Shown here: in pieces, positions 23,429-35,900 of the stretch
Numbering within the stretch: the first letter of the stretch is position 1
Layout: every line of letters starts with the position of its first letter
Source of the DNA: Camelus ferus
Lineage: Eukaryota
Assembly (NCBI RefSeq): GCF_009834535.1
Contig: NC_045697.1
Span: 115,632,001-115,696,000 of the forward strand
DNA: 64,000 nucleotides
Direction of reading: 5' to 3'
The notes under the pieces: generated by a model
Database searches by the model: none
The model's input: the letters and a program-made list of their open reading frames with translations, nothing else
Told to the model about the DNA's origin: nothing
Program-made: the position numbers and the translations under genes

Positions 23429-23786
23429 TGTTAGGCAGTTTAGATAGAAATGAGCACTGGGCAGGGGGAGACAAAGGGAAAAGGAACAATCCAGAACACA
23501 AGGAATCTGTTCTGTCAATTAACCAGAGCACAGGGATCAATCAGTTAATCAATCAATTAATCAATCAATTAGTTAATCGATGACAAAACCAGGATATAAA
23601 AGGAAAAATGAGGGAATGGCACCATTTTTCCTCTCTTGGATTGGCCCGCTCCCAGTTTTCTATTTTTTTTTTTAACTTCACTAAAAAAATTCTTGTTTAT
23701 ATCATGCTTTTTGTCTCTCATCAAAAATCTTTTTTTGGGGGCTGACTAAGAACCAAGTAATTCTTATTTTCCTTTTCCCAGTAACA
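23429..23786 (+). mobile_element. 3' LTR (358 bp)
   Basis: Preceded by the polypurine tract AGAGGAGGGAA (23418-23428); homologous to the 5' LTR with many substitutions and indels. Confidence 0.95.
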
Positions 23787-23864
23787 CATTGAATCATAAA
23801 GTTAAAAAAAAAATCAACTTGTACCTTCTTGGTACATTATCTAGGAATTGCAAGGCCCTGAAGC

Positions 23865-24080
23865 AGTGTGGATAATGGTTAAAAACTTAGGCAAGGGAGT
23901 CAGTCACATCTTGGTTTGAATCTGCTTCACCACTTTCATTTGCTTTATGATAATAATTTTGTTATTCACTCCTTCTGGGCCTCAGTTTTCTTGTATTTAA
24001 AGGAGGATAGCATGTCCCACTTAGGAATGTTACACCGATGTGCTGTATAAGGCACGTCGTACCATACTTGGTACAGAGGG
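23865..24080 (+). mobile_element. MIR SINE relic
   Basis: GGATAATGGTTAA...GGTTTGAATC...TCTGGGCCTCAGTTTTCTT. Confidence 0.7.
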
Positions 24081-24680
24081 CTTAGGAAATGATCTTTTTC
24101 AACACTGTCATCATTCTTACTATTACCATGTTGTTCTGTTCTCTAAAGACAATTGTTTTAGGAGCTGAGTCATTTTTAGTATGACATAGGGCAAGTCCTT
24201 CAGCACTTGGAATATTTTGTTTGTTTGTTTCTGAAAAATAAGAAAACTTCAAGTTGGCCATGAAGTTTAAGTGACACAATGTAACAAGCACTCAGTAAAT
24301 GTTAGCTTCCTTGTTTCTCTCCTCCAGTTTTTTTTTAAATCAGGGTTCATCATGGATGGCAAAATGGTAGTTGGTGGTGCATTTCCCTTCCTGGGTAATG
24401 AATTTGCATTTTTTACAACAGAAATCTTGGGACCCAATTCTTAACCAAGCCATGGTAATGACAGTGACTCATGCTGCTATGGTATATTTTGTGACACATA
24501 TGTTTGAGGGGGTCATTCCTTTCAGGAATTCTTCCATGTTGCTTTCAAGGACTTGTCTTTGGCAATTTACACAGTTTCTCCAAAGAAATTTTCCATTGGC
24601 TAATGGTTCTCTCTTCTTACCCAACGTCTCCTACCTGGCCAGTCAATTTAAACATTCCTGTGAATGAGCCACTTGGCATC

Positions 24681-25217
24681 TGTCCGAGAGGAAGAAATTT
24701 CCTTCTACCTTGCTAAATTCTTCTGGCTGGTCTAAAAACTAAACTGACATGAGACAGATTAAGGGGAGGAAATCAAACAAAGTTTAGTAACATGTATGCA
24801 TGAGAGAGACCCAGGAGACCTGAGTAACTCACCAAAATGATGAAGCCTTCACCTTAAATCCCAACGTTAGCTAAAGACAAACGAGGATGTTGACGGGGAG
24901 GAAGGAATAGTTGTGGGAGGTAACCAGGAGAAGCACAGTAAACAAGGCTAAGGTTGTTATACAGATTTAGGCCATTGCTTTCTCCACTGACAAGCGTTTC
25001 CAGGGCTTTTACTGCCCTTCTGTTCCTGGTCTATCAGGAGGGCCACCTGTACAAATGGAGATTTCCCTTATAAATGTAAATGTTTCTTACAAAAGGGAAA
25101 TTCCTACTCAAATTGCAGCGTTTTCCCCAAGTCTGCTTGTTCTTAGAAAATACTAGCATAAAATAATTAATATGCCAAAGAGATATCTCGGGGGGTGGCA
25201 AATTCTGCTCCATGACA
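24681..25217 (-). mobile_element. Solo ERV1 LTR, MER34-group-like (537 bp)
   Basis: Minus strand starts TGTCATGGAGCAGAATTTGCCACCCC...CTCTTTGGCATA; TG/CA termini; TSD CATC/GATC. Confidence 0.85.
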
Positions 25218-25719
25218 GATCGTAATCCTACAGTTGTTTGACCTGTTTAATTCTAGTGACTTTCAGTCTCCATTACACACACACACACCCCTCATTTGGC
25301 TTGGGAGTAACTCATCCTTGTTCTTCCCAAACTTACCCCTTGTGCTACAATTTTCTTCTCCGCTAACATCACCATGTAGTTGCATACCCCCGGAGCCATC
25401 CTTAATTCCTTCACCACCACCCTTCCCAAATCAAATCAGTGACTGGACTTTGTCAGGCATTCGTAAAAACTTAGCTCCCATGCCTATTGTCTCCTTTTCA
25501 GCACCTTTCCTACTGTCTGAGATTGAGCTTTACTATTTGTTGTTTTTGTTTTGTTTTTAACCTCAACAACATTTAAGCTGAGCTCACTACCTCCATCATC
25601 AGACTTCAAAGAGCCATCCTTTATGTAACTAGAGAGTATAACTTTGGAACTTAAAACTTTGGAGCAAGTGCCCATCAACTTTAGGATAAGATCCAAATAT
25701 TGCACAGTACGCAATGGCT

Positions 25720-26015
25720 CCATCCCACATCTCTAACTCTTCTGCTCTCTCTCTTCCCATCTCTCAGGTATAATAGCCTTTGTTCCTCTCATACGGAATC
25801 ATTTGTTTATCTCAAATATCATTGTACTTAAACCATTACTTGACTCACATATTGTCTCTTCCTAGAGTATTACCTCTTTAGAATAAGAACTCTCTGTCTC
25901 TGTCTCTGTGTGTGTATCTCTCTCCCCCAACTTAATATCCACAATGCCTTGAAACATTTACGGAACTAAAGAGTTTGTAAATAATTGAGTTATTAAATGA
26001 ATAGATGAATAGATG
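25720..26015 (+). mobile_element. L2 3' end relic
   Basis: Pyrimidine-rich body ending in TAAATGAATAGATGAATAGATGA. Confidence 0.5.
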
Positions 26016-26135
26016 ACTGTCAGCAGGCTATGGTCTATATAATAATAAAAAGACAAAGTATTTTGCTCTTCATGAGCATATTACTTTACAGATTTGTAAG
26101 GAATATACATTAATAATTATTATAAAAGATGAAAA

Positions 26136-27061
26136 TATTGACAAAATCAAAAGCACAACGTAAGAGTTGTGAGTTCAGTTTTATTTGGGGACTTACTGAG
26201 AACGATAGCCCAGGAGATGGCCTCTCAGATAGCTCTGAGGAACTGCTCCATAGAGGTAGGGGGAGGTCAGTACATATGTGATTGGGGAAAGCGGATACAT
26301 GCACTCATCTCAGTAGAAGCTTGCTGCTAGAAAGGAGGAGCAGATGTCTCTGTTAATGACTTTAGTGCTTTTCTAAGTATAAGAAAATGCAAGAAATTGG
26401 GCTAATAAATCTTCTCCTAAAAACATCTAACTATCTGAAGGCTTGTTCTGCCAGTTTTCCCAGAGCAAAGACTGCCTCACTCCTCATCTCCACCCTGAAC
26501 TCCTTTCAGGGTGTCTCAAAGGCGTTGACTGAAAAAACAGTGCATGACCTGCGAGTTAAGAATTATGTTTTATTTGACGACTTACTGCAGACTTCAAGCC
26601 TGGGAGACAGTCTCTCAGACCGCTTTAAAGGACTGCTCCAAAGAAGCAAGGGAGGAGCCAGGATGAGTTTTTGTGACAAAGACCAGATAGAACATCAAAA
26701 AGTTACTGTTAATTGTGGAAAACCAGATATCTCAGGTTAAGGAATTTAGTATTTTTCTGTGTGTGGGATGGTGCAAAGGTCTGGGCTCATTGAAATCATT
26801 CCTTTGATGTGCACCTGGCTGTCTAGGGCCGGTGTCCTGTGGTTTCCCATCCTGAGTCTCCTCAGTGGGCACCACTGTGGGTGGAAGCAGAGGCTGGGCT
26901 GCCTGCTTCTCCGCATCCTGAGTTCCCTCCTGCTCCCCAATGGGGCGGCAGAAGTGGCTGGTGGTTGATGGCTGCAGCATCCTTTCTTCACCAATACGGC
27001 AGGCAATATATTTTTATTCACAACGTCAGCAACTTCAGCGACCAACTTTCTGTAGTTTGCA
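26136..27061 (-). mobile_element. Solo ERV1 (MER4-group-like) LTR, split by a nested LTR
   Basis: TATTGAC...GTTTTATTTGGGG...CTCTCAGATAGCTCTGAGGAACTGCTCC up to 26522; resumes at 27023 (TCAGCAAC...GTTTGCA). Confidence 0.8.
26523..27022 (-). mobile_element. Nested solo ERV1 LTR of a related family
   Basis: CGTTGACTGAAAAAA...GTTTTATTTG...CTCTCAGACCGCTTTAAAGGACTGCTCC...TTTTATTCACA; R/U5 similar to the host LTR but U3 differs. Confidence 0.82.
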
Positions 27062-30000
27062 AAAGTCCTATGTTCCAAATGATAGATATAGATAAATTGT
27101 CTGCAGCTTGGAAAGAGGGCGTTTTTACTCTTTTCCTGGAAGACAAAATGATACGAGAGCAGATAAGATTTTAGAATGAGATATTTAAGTTCAGCCTTGA
27201 ATGCTATGTACACTTTGATCATAAAGAAACAGGGGTGGATTGTTCTAGCATGAACCCCCTCCTCCCCACCCTCCCCTACTGTTGAGGACCCTGGTTACTC
27301 TGTTGGGTAACTGAGGTATTGAAATTTAAACAAGGGAAGTGGACAATAAGGCAAGTTGGGTTCAGACTGTGAATTCCATTCAATTTCATGCTAAGGAATT
27401 GGAACACTTACAGGTAGACAGTTAAAATAGCTTTATTCTCATTGTGACAAATTTGTCACTTTCTTTGAAGGAATAAATTAAATAACATTGTTTAAAAAAT
27501 GTACAATTTCACAGTAATCAATCGCCTAGCATTCTGTAATAAACATTTTGTCACTTGAAATTCATCTTACTGCTTGCCTCTGACAGACAGGGGCTGTTTC
27601 AGGTACCTCTGTCCCCACAGACTTTCTGGGAACTTTTTTTCAGTTAAATAATGTGGGTGACCTAGGATCCTATCTCAGCAAGATTTCTTTAAATTTCATA
27701 CGCATTTTTATTCCAAATACATTAACATCAAAAACACCATCCAGCTTTGAGACTCAAAAAGTATAAAGGATTGTGCTAAAGAGACGAGACGTGTTTGTAC
27801 CTTTACGTCCTAATCCTGCCACTTCCTTTCCACTAACTGGATGGATTCAACCAGCTTCTTAAACAACACTGCCATCTTCCTGACCTAAATAGAATTCCTT
27901 TCCAGCACATCAGCCCCATGTCTTAGATGAACCTGTACTGATTAAAATTTAATGTGTATGCTGTCATTTTATTCATGTCTTCTTTCTCTTTAATCAGTCT
28001 GTTACATTTTGATGTTTTGAGTAGGTGAATAAGAAGCTGCTTTATTAATATTTCCTAGCTCATCAAGCATTCTAAGTGCAAAGTGAATCCCAGCTTGCAA
28101 ATCTAAAAGAAATACAAGACAGGCTAATTGCTGGAAATAGGGTACGGAGATGGGGGCCAGTGAGGGGAGGGGATGTTTTAACTCATGTTCTAATAGATCT
28201 AAGAAGGTTGGAACCTAATTTCCGGAAAGATCAAACTATATTTATAACAATAACTAACTTTTACTAATTTCTATATACCTGAAACTTGTTAAGTTCTTTA
28301 AACTGATTGTCTTTTTAAGACCCTCATAAATTCAATGCTGTGGGTACTGTCTTTAGACTAGCAATCAAGACGATGATTGTAGAATCAGTTTTCCCAACAA
28401 TGACCATGTCCCACATTTATAACCCGCGATTGATGGTGATAGCCAGTGCTCCCAAGACCTTGTGGAAACTAAACTGCAATTTGCATGATACCAGCTTCTT
28501 ATACCTCTTGCCTTCTGTGCTTGCTTTGAACCTAGCTACAAAAGGCTAAAGACACATTGTCTGAAAGGAGATGAGTTTTCCGCAGACATCAGGCAGCCGA
28601 CAAGGCAAATCTACCAAAACCATGAACGGCTGCAAACTATAGCTTTAGCCACTATTGGAAGGAATTCCAAATATTATTCATTTGGAAATAAGGTGACTGC
28701 TTCCATGCTATCTGTTGAATTACATATGGAACCTTGAATGCAAAGCCCTAGATATTAAAGTGTAAGCGGGACACACAGTAGGGAGCTGAATGGTGGACAA
28801 AAAGAGGGCCAAGCCGCCTTGAATACAACCTTAGCGGGCTGGGTTGAGGAAGCTGAAGATCTGCACCTTCCAATCTACTCTGCAGCTGAGAACAGGCATC
28901 TCCCCTTTTCAGCACTCACTTCCCTCGGCTCTGTTTCCCTACAAAGCACATTTGGCAGATACATGAGTTGCAGCCCAGGAAGCAGCTAAACCAATTTCTG
29001 AAGAGTATATAGTACCATGGGTTTCTGGGTTCTGAACATCACTTACCTCTCAAGATTTGGGTGTTAAGATGCAGCCAAAGAGAGTACAGAAAGGAATTAT
29101 TAAAATAGGGTAAGTCTCTTGTTGGTTTTTGTTCTGTGATACAAAAGATTTTTAAGTTCAATTAGGCGTGGGAATGATAATTGTAGGATATAAATCTAGG
29201 TTCATAAAAAACAGAGATATCTTTGTATTTATCAATTATCTACCTGGAAGCAAACAGTACATATCCAGATATGTAGCTGAAAGTCCTGTAAATTGGGTTG
29301 CAATTCAGTGACGCCAAGATTCTTGTCCTTATGAAGACGCTTGTGTCTCCAATAGCATGCTGGCATTTTTCAACCTGGCATTTTTAAATGCAGAGATACT
29401 GTAAGTTATGATTACACTCTGAAAAAGAAGTAGATATCAATCAGAAGCAGCTCAAGAAAAAGAGTCCAAGCTCCAAGCAACCTTGCAGGTCACTTTTTAT
29501 TTCTATTTTAAGCTCATTGTTCCTTCTTAGAAACACAATCACTCACATAGATTAGCTCTGCTGTGTCACCAAGTTCAATATTACCGACTCTCAGAAGGGT
29601 TCCTCCTGTGAACCTGATCACTCAATGCAATATTTACATATTCAGTTACCAGTGTGATGGGTTTAATTAAAACATGAGTATCTTTATTTTTTTTAGCTTT
29701 TTGGTAATATTGATGGAAGTTACTAAAACATATCATACCCCAGAAACGTTGCGTAAAGCCTTCACATATATTCAAGTTAAAGCGGCCCTAATAATGTGAT
29801 TTATTGACTATATACACACACCTTCTAAAATTGCTTTCAAAGCCACCAGTATAAAGTTAAGTAATTATATAGGTCTTCTTAATATCTTCCTGTCCCGGAT
29901 AAATTTAATTTTACCTGTCTCAAAGAAAAATGTCTTACTAAATTAAATTCATTTCTGAAAAATGAGCAAAGCAAGACTATAATGCGATTAAGTTTCTCAA

Positions 30001-32302
30001 TTTTTAACCCTTGCATTGCATTTATTTTCTGCTAATACATGTTACCACTATCATGGAAATGTGTACCACCAAATACTCAGTTTTCTCCTTGTATCCCTTA
30101 AAAATCTCTAAATGTGCAAGCCTGTTAAAACCATAAGCCTTTGGTGGAGACCAAAAAGGAGATTTTATGTTTTAAATCACTGATGAGTGACTAGGCATCG
30201 TCTTGCAGCTTGTTCAAAACATTCATCTTCCCAGTGAAAAGAAACACAGAAAAGATAAGCCGTGAGTGATAATGGGTGACAGGAGATTTGGAGATTACAA
30301 AGCCCGGAGTCCCTCTTGCCGACATAATTTTAAAACTCTGTCCCTCAATTACTTTTTCTAGAAAGTAGAAATACAGTCAGTCAAAAACCAATTTTTTGTG
30401 TGAAAATCCAGGCAAAATATCTATAAAGCCATTTATTTTATTTACTAGAGGTAACAACTTTTTGGTGATTATTATTTTTTTAATGCCTCCATCTACAGCC
30501 TGGCAATTAAATTCAGAGGTCCATGCCTCTGGACTATGCTGCACAGGAATTACGAGGAATCCTTGGGGTAAGTGTAGGAATTTAACACGTGGAAATGGTT
30601 CCAGGTACACCTGGCTACAGAGCTGTCCATTTCTGAACTCTTAGGTGCAGTATCTTTCACCATTGGCTTCTAGTGGCCAGCTTCTCCCTAAATGGTTGTT
30701 GGTGTTGTGGGTTTTGTTGTTGTCATCATATAGAGTCAAGCCATTAGGTACCAATTGGGTACCAACTAATTGTGTTGGTGTGTGTTTGTTCTCTCTAATC
30801 TTAACAACAGATTGCCAAGGAGGTACTATTATTCCCACTTTACTGATGTTACCAAAGCGCAAAGAAAATAACAAAATTACCCAAGACACAGTCTCCGGGC
30901 AGCACAGTGCAACGCACCCTGCCTTTGCACTTCTCTGTTTCCAACACATCTTATTGAGTTATTGACACATTCGTAATGCTCCAACATAGGTGGACTCAAA
31001 AGAGATTTATTTTGTCATTCTGATTAAATTTTTTTTTTTTAATTTTGAAATAATCACCCATGAGCCCTTAACGCCATCCCTTGGTGAATCAAAGCCATCT
31101 CCTCTGTGGTAGGCATGGATCCAGTTAATCTCTCAGCAGCACGGCAGTCTAAACCATGCCCTGTTGCTACAGCAGAACGAATGCAGACCATGAGGATAAA
31201 TAATAATATACTTCAGCAAGGACAAGATAGAGTATTAACTGATTTTATGATTGTACTTTTCTGGAACATACAGACATGGATTAAAGGGAAGAGGTGTTGA
31301 GTCTTAGTAAATGGGTCCCTGCTCTTTGAAATCCAGCACTGCTGTGATTCAGCCAAAGAGGAGTGTGAAATGGATTCCAGTTTGTCTCCCAGTCTGGTGA
31401 GAGCCATTGTCAGCCCTCCAAAAAGCCACATACCAATCACTTCCCACATTCATTTTCACACATGCACCCTCTAATTGATGATCTGTCAGCAGCATCGAAC
31501 TCCCTCTGTCAAGATCTGTGAGTTTTATAAGAGCAGTCAGAGATTTGTTTATTTTTTTCTAAGGAGACCAGCTTCAACTTGGCTGATAATGTGTTTTCTT
31601 TTGAAAATGAGCAGACAGGCTGCTGGAATCACCCCAAAACCCACACCAACTGACAGTTCCTGCTTGTTAGGTCCATGTTGTCTATGTTGTAGCAAGTTTA
31701 GCTTCATGCCCATCTCAGGCAAGTAACAAACAGTTGCAGAAACAGTGGCGGTGGGGACGGAGGGCTGTAGGAAAAGAACGTCACAAAAATAAGAAAAATC
31801 CTACCTATAGAATGAGGATTTTGGGGCAATATTAACTGCAAAGAAAATAGGTGGAGAAGTAGCTCTTACAAGATATCACTGAGGCAAGTCAAAGAGTCAC
31901 AGAAAAGAAAGAGAATTTCCCTGAAGAAAGCTATTCAGACAATCATATTTAAAGGTTTCTGTCAAAAGAAGAAGGGAGACAATATTTGGGGACTGATCTT
32001 GTGATTAAGCCACAGAGCCTCAGAATCCTTCTGAGCATGTTATTCCTGGAAACCATGTTGAATTGATCATGGTTAGTACTCAAAGTACCCAATGCCACAT
32101 TCTCTCTCTCCTGCCTGGCCCTCTTATGCCTGAAGTAGATGTACAACCACTGTGCTCCCACTCCCCACCTAACTAAAATTTACTTGTATGTGCACTGCTA
32201 TAAAACCTTAACCATCATCCTTCAATAGCAAGTACATAAAAGGTCATATGTCTAATTATCTTTTTCCTGACTCACGACTTCATCAGTTCTGACTACAGAT
32301 GC

Positions 32303-32919
32303 TGTTGTCAAACCAACCTTGGTTCTGCTTATCCAACCTGAAGCAAAGCCAATCTATTAACACTGGGTTGTGGTGAAGGAAAGTACAGTGTTTATTGCAG
32401 GTGCCAAGCAAGGAGAATGGGCAGCTCATGCTCAAAAGACCTGAAATCCTCTGATGGCTTTCAGGGAAGGCTTTTTAAAGACAATGTTGGGTAGAGAGTC
32501 ATGGGGTGCATGATCAGCTCTTGGATGATGGTGAGGTAACAGAGTGATGCTTTGAGAATCTCAGTCATCCACTTTCTGTTTCCAGCCCATCTGAGTGCTA
32601 GTGGTCATCATGCAGTTAGCTTCCTCCAACTGGTAGGGATTTTAGTACTTGCAAAATAACTCAAGGATACAACTCAGGGTATTATCTCTAGCCCTTGAAG
32701 AGGAACTAAAAGTCCTTGACTGTTTTATGACTAAACTATTATTATTTTCTCTCACTTGACTCTTTTCCTTTGTTTCTGCATTTTCTCACCTCTCTGATTA
32801 AATTTACTCTTTGGAACTCGGGGAAGGCCTAGGAGGCTAAAGCCTTTCTTCAAAGAAGAGGCGGGAGACACATGGGTGTCTGTCCCCAGGAAGGCCCCGC
32901 AGGGTCCTGATCAGTTTCA
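32303..32919 (-). mobile_element. Solo ERV1 LTR (617 bp)
   Basis: TGTTGTC...CAGTTTCA termini; TTTATT (AATAAA on minus) at ~32391; TSD ATGC/AGGC. Confidence 0.85.
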
Positions 32920-35900
32920 AGGCTGCAGTTTCCATTACTCAGTCTTGCAGAACTCCCTCTTTCTCTCATGTTCTGCTGCTCATTTGACAACTGTGACATT
33001 TTTATATAGTCTAAGTGATACCAAAATGAATTTCCAAGGAAGTCTTAGAAGAGCATAAGAAATTATAAAGTGTCACTGTGAAATCTGAGGGCATGCTGCA
33101 CATGTTTCCAAAGTGGAGGAGGGACCCCACCATTCTCTGCTGTAGCTCAGTAACAGTGGGAATCTGTAAAGACTATTTTATGTACATCAATGTTACACAA
33201 TTTTTAGGCATCATTTGTAAGTCTCCATTCTTTGCCATTGACTATTGATTCCCACAATCCTAAGACTTCACTCTTTTCCCAAACCCTTCCTCATCCCAGC
33301 AACTCTTACAAGCTGAGTTACTTTGACTCAGGCAATTATCCTCTTTGCACTAGACTTTTCTCCTTTGAAAAATGAGGCATTTAAGGTAAATGTCCTGCTA
33401 TGTCCTAGTCAGACCTGAAATTCTCTATAAAACAGAAAATTAGCAAAATATTTACTGTATTTCTGTGTGATATTTCTAGATATTTATGCACAAGCAAGAC
33501 CTAACAGAATCTAAATTGGGTGAAGAGTAAATATATGCTTCTTTGCCGAAAACCTTAATCAAATATTCTAAGTAACCAGATCACAGCAAGGCCAGGAGGA
33601 CATTTCTGTGTTTGTTTCATCAGTGGATGCTGCAGACAGAGCACCAGGGTCCAGGGCTAATTTAACATAAGAAACAGAGCCCAAGGTGACTAATAGAAAC
33701 TATTGGAATAAGCATATTGCAGTTCCTGAAAGGGTACAGAAGGGCTTGATTCAGGGATATTTGGGCTCAGCTGAAACTTCCTCTAAATGGCTACTATTCT
33801 AAAAAAAAAAATTAAAAATGCCCTTTAGCTTTTAAAAATCCTTAAATTCACTTTGGCACTCTGCACAGTGGTCTCATCTACACTGGTTATTGCTTTCAAG
33901 CCCAGCATACTTTCTCCCAAACAAGTTGGCCATGAATAAATCCTCTAATAAAGAACTGTTTAAATGCCAATGTGATTTAAAATGAAGATCAATATAGAAA
34001 ATGCCACCCCGAGCACCTAGGTTTTGAGATTAGTTGGCAAAGACTGATTTAATACAACTGTGGAAAGCGAGACTGCTCTGCCTCTGAGTCCCATTTTGCT
34101 TGCAGCCAAGAGAAGGCACAGAGGTATTATGTAATTAGCCGAAAGTCACACAGCCAATCGGTGTCAGAGCTGAGATGGCTTGTGTTTAGATGCCACAGGG
34201 CTGGCATCCCTGACATCATCATTATTTACTGCTGTTTTCATCCCCCCGCCAGCCTTCCTAGATAGCCCCAGTGTTGCGCACCAGAATGGCTAGGTCTTGG
34301 TCAAGAAGCAGCCCGTGTTGCTACAGCTATTGCTCTGTGCACCTGTTCTCTTTGACACTCCAGGGACAAAGAGGAAGTTTTCATTATCGTTGATCTGCTC
34401 CTTTGCTGGATGCTGTTGTTAGGTGGAGAGAAAGGCAAGATCAGGAGTAAGGATGCAATCATTTGAATCCCGGCTCCGTCTGGGGCTTCGGGCCAGGTCC
34501 TTCATCTTAGAAACATTCCCACATAAAAGGAAACTCAGAATGCCCATTTTAGCAGTGACTGAAAGAAACCCATCTATTTTGTAATGTTAAATTGGAAAGG
34601 CTTTATCAAGGTTATACGATTTCCAATGATCAATTTTGTTGTTAGTATTCAGCTGCTTTAATACAATATTGACTAGCAAAACAATGATTTGAATTCTTCA
34701 AAGAATTTCAAGTCATTGAAGCAACAGCTGCGTATGGATTCACTGAATCCTACTCCTCTTTTTTTTTTTCTTAAGAAATAAAGCATTCTTGCAAAGACAC
34801 CGCATAAAAATGTATTTGCTTCAGTTTATTAAGAAAGAGTTTTGCTACTAACGTGCCAAAAAAGTATATGAGACAGCACTCAGAAGTAGACAAAGATTTA
34901 TTACCGAAAAGAAAGAGGTTTTGGTTTGGGTGTTTTCATTTTCACATATGAGTCAAAGTGCTTTTGGCCTTCTAAATCAGAAGTGCTAATAAAAGATGGA
35001 CAATCTTTGTTTTTATGACGATGACAGCACTTTAGCAAAACACTCCTCCTGGATGCTTGCTGAGGTGAAAATTCTTCTCTTTACGTCTCTAAACATGGTT
35101 TTAGATCTCTCTGATTATTTGCAGATGCTGCGTTCATTTATTTTTTATGATTCATAAAAAATGGATGGAAGCGTAAAACCCCTACATTCAATTCTTCCAT
35201 CTAAATGGACTCCTTTGCTGTCTGCTCTGTCTGTGAAAATCAGCCGGCCACCTGCGGTGAATATTTACAAAGAAGCAGTTCATCAGATCAACAGGAAATG
35301 GGCCCTTTGCAGGGTTCCACTGCAAAAGAAGACTTGACTCTCTACCAGCTTGTCAGAGCAAGAAAGCCATGAGTGTCTTTGTTTTTAGGTGCAGTGACAG
35401 GACCACAAGGACAATGAACTGCAGGTGGCAGAAAGAGAATTCTTGAAGGATGACTAGATTATGAAAGTGAAATCTACTCCTAATGTTTAGACTCTCCCTC
35501 TGCCAAGAATACAAATGTGTGTGCCTTTCCCCCGACCTCAGTGCTAGTCTCTTCTTTCTTTCTCCTTTCACGGGTCCTTTTCATGAATAAGATAACAGAG
35601 GTCAGGAGAAGAGGGTGAAGGAAGAGGTATATTTTATTGCTTTTTTTTTTTTTTTTTAAGAAAAGTCCTGACAGTCCGACCCACTCTGGCCAATTCTATT
35701 TGTGCAGCTGCGAAACACAGGATGTACTCACTCCAGTGAGTGAATTTATAGTTACAGCAAATGCACTTTTCTTCTTGCGCTCTTGTGAAGCAACCGTTAT
35801 CAAATGAGCACGCAGGGCTTTCAACAAGACAGATAAGTGCCTCCCATTCCCCAGTTACATGTGAGTAGGCAGAGAGCGGAGAGCCAGCAGGCCGGATGAC

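Larger units (their letters stand above)
20013..23786 (+). mobile_element. Internally deleted class I (gamma-like, HERV-H/F/W-related) endogenous provirus, 3774 bp
   Basis: Two homologous LTRs, perfect 4-bp TSD CATT (20009-20012 / 23787-23790), PBS, gag-pro-pol-env remnants, polypurine tract. Confidence 0.97.

Noticed and set aside
26387..27222. ORFs of 111-158 aa
   Set aside because: They lie within nested LTRs; chance open frames
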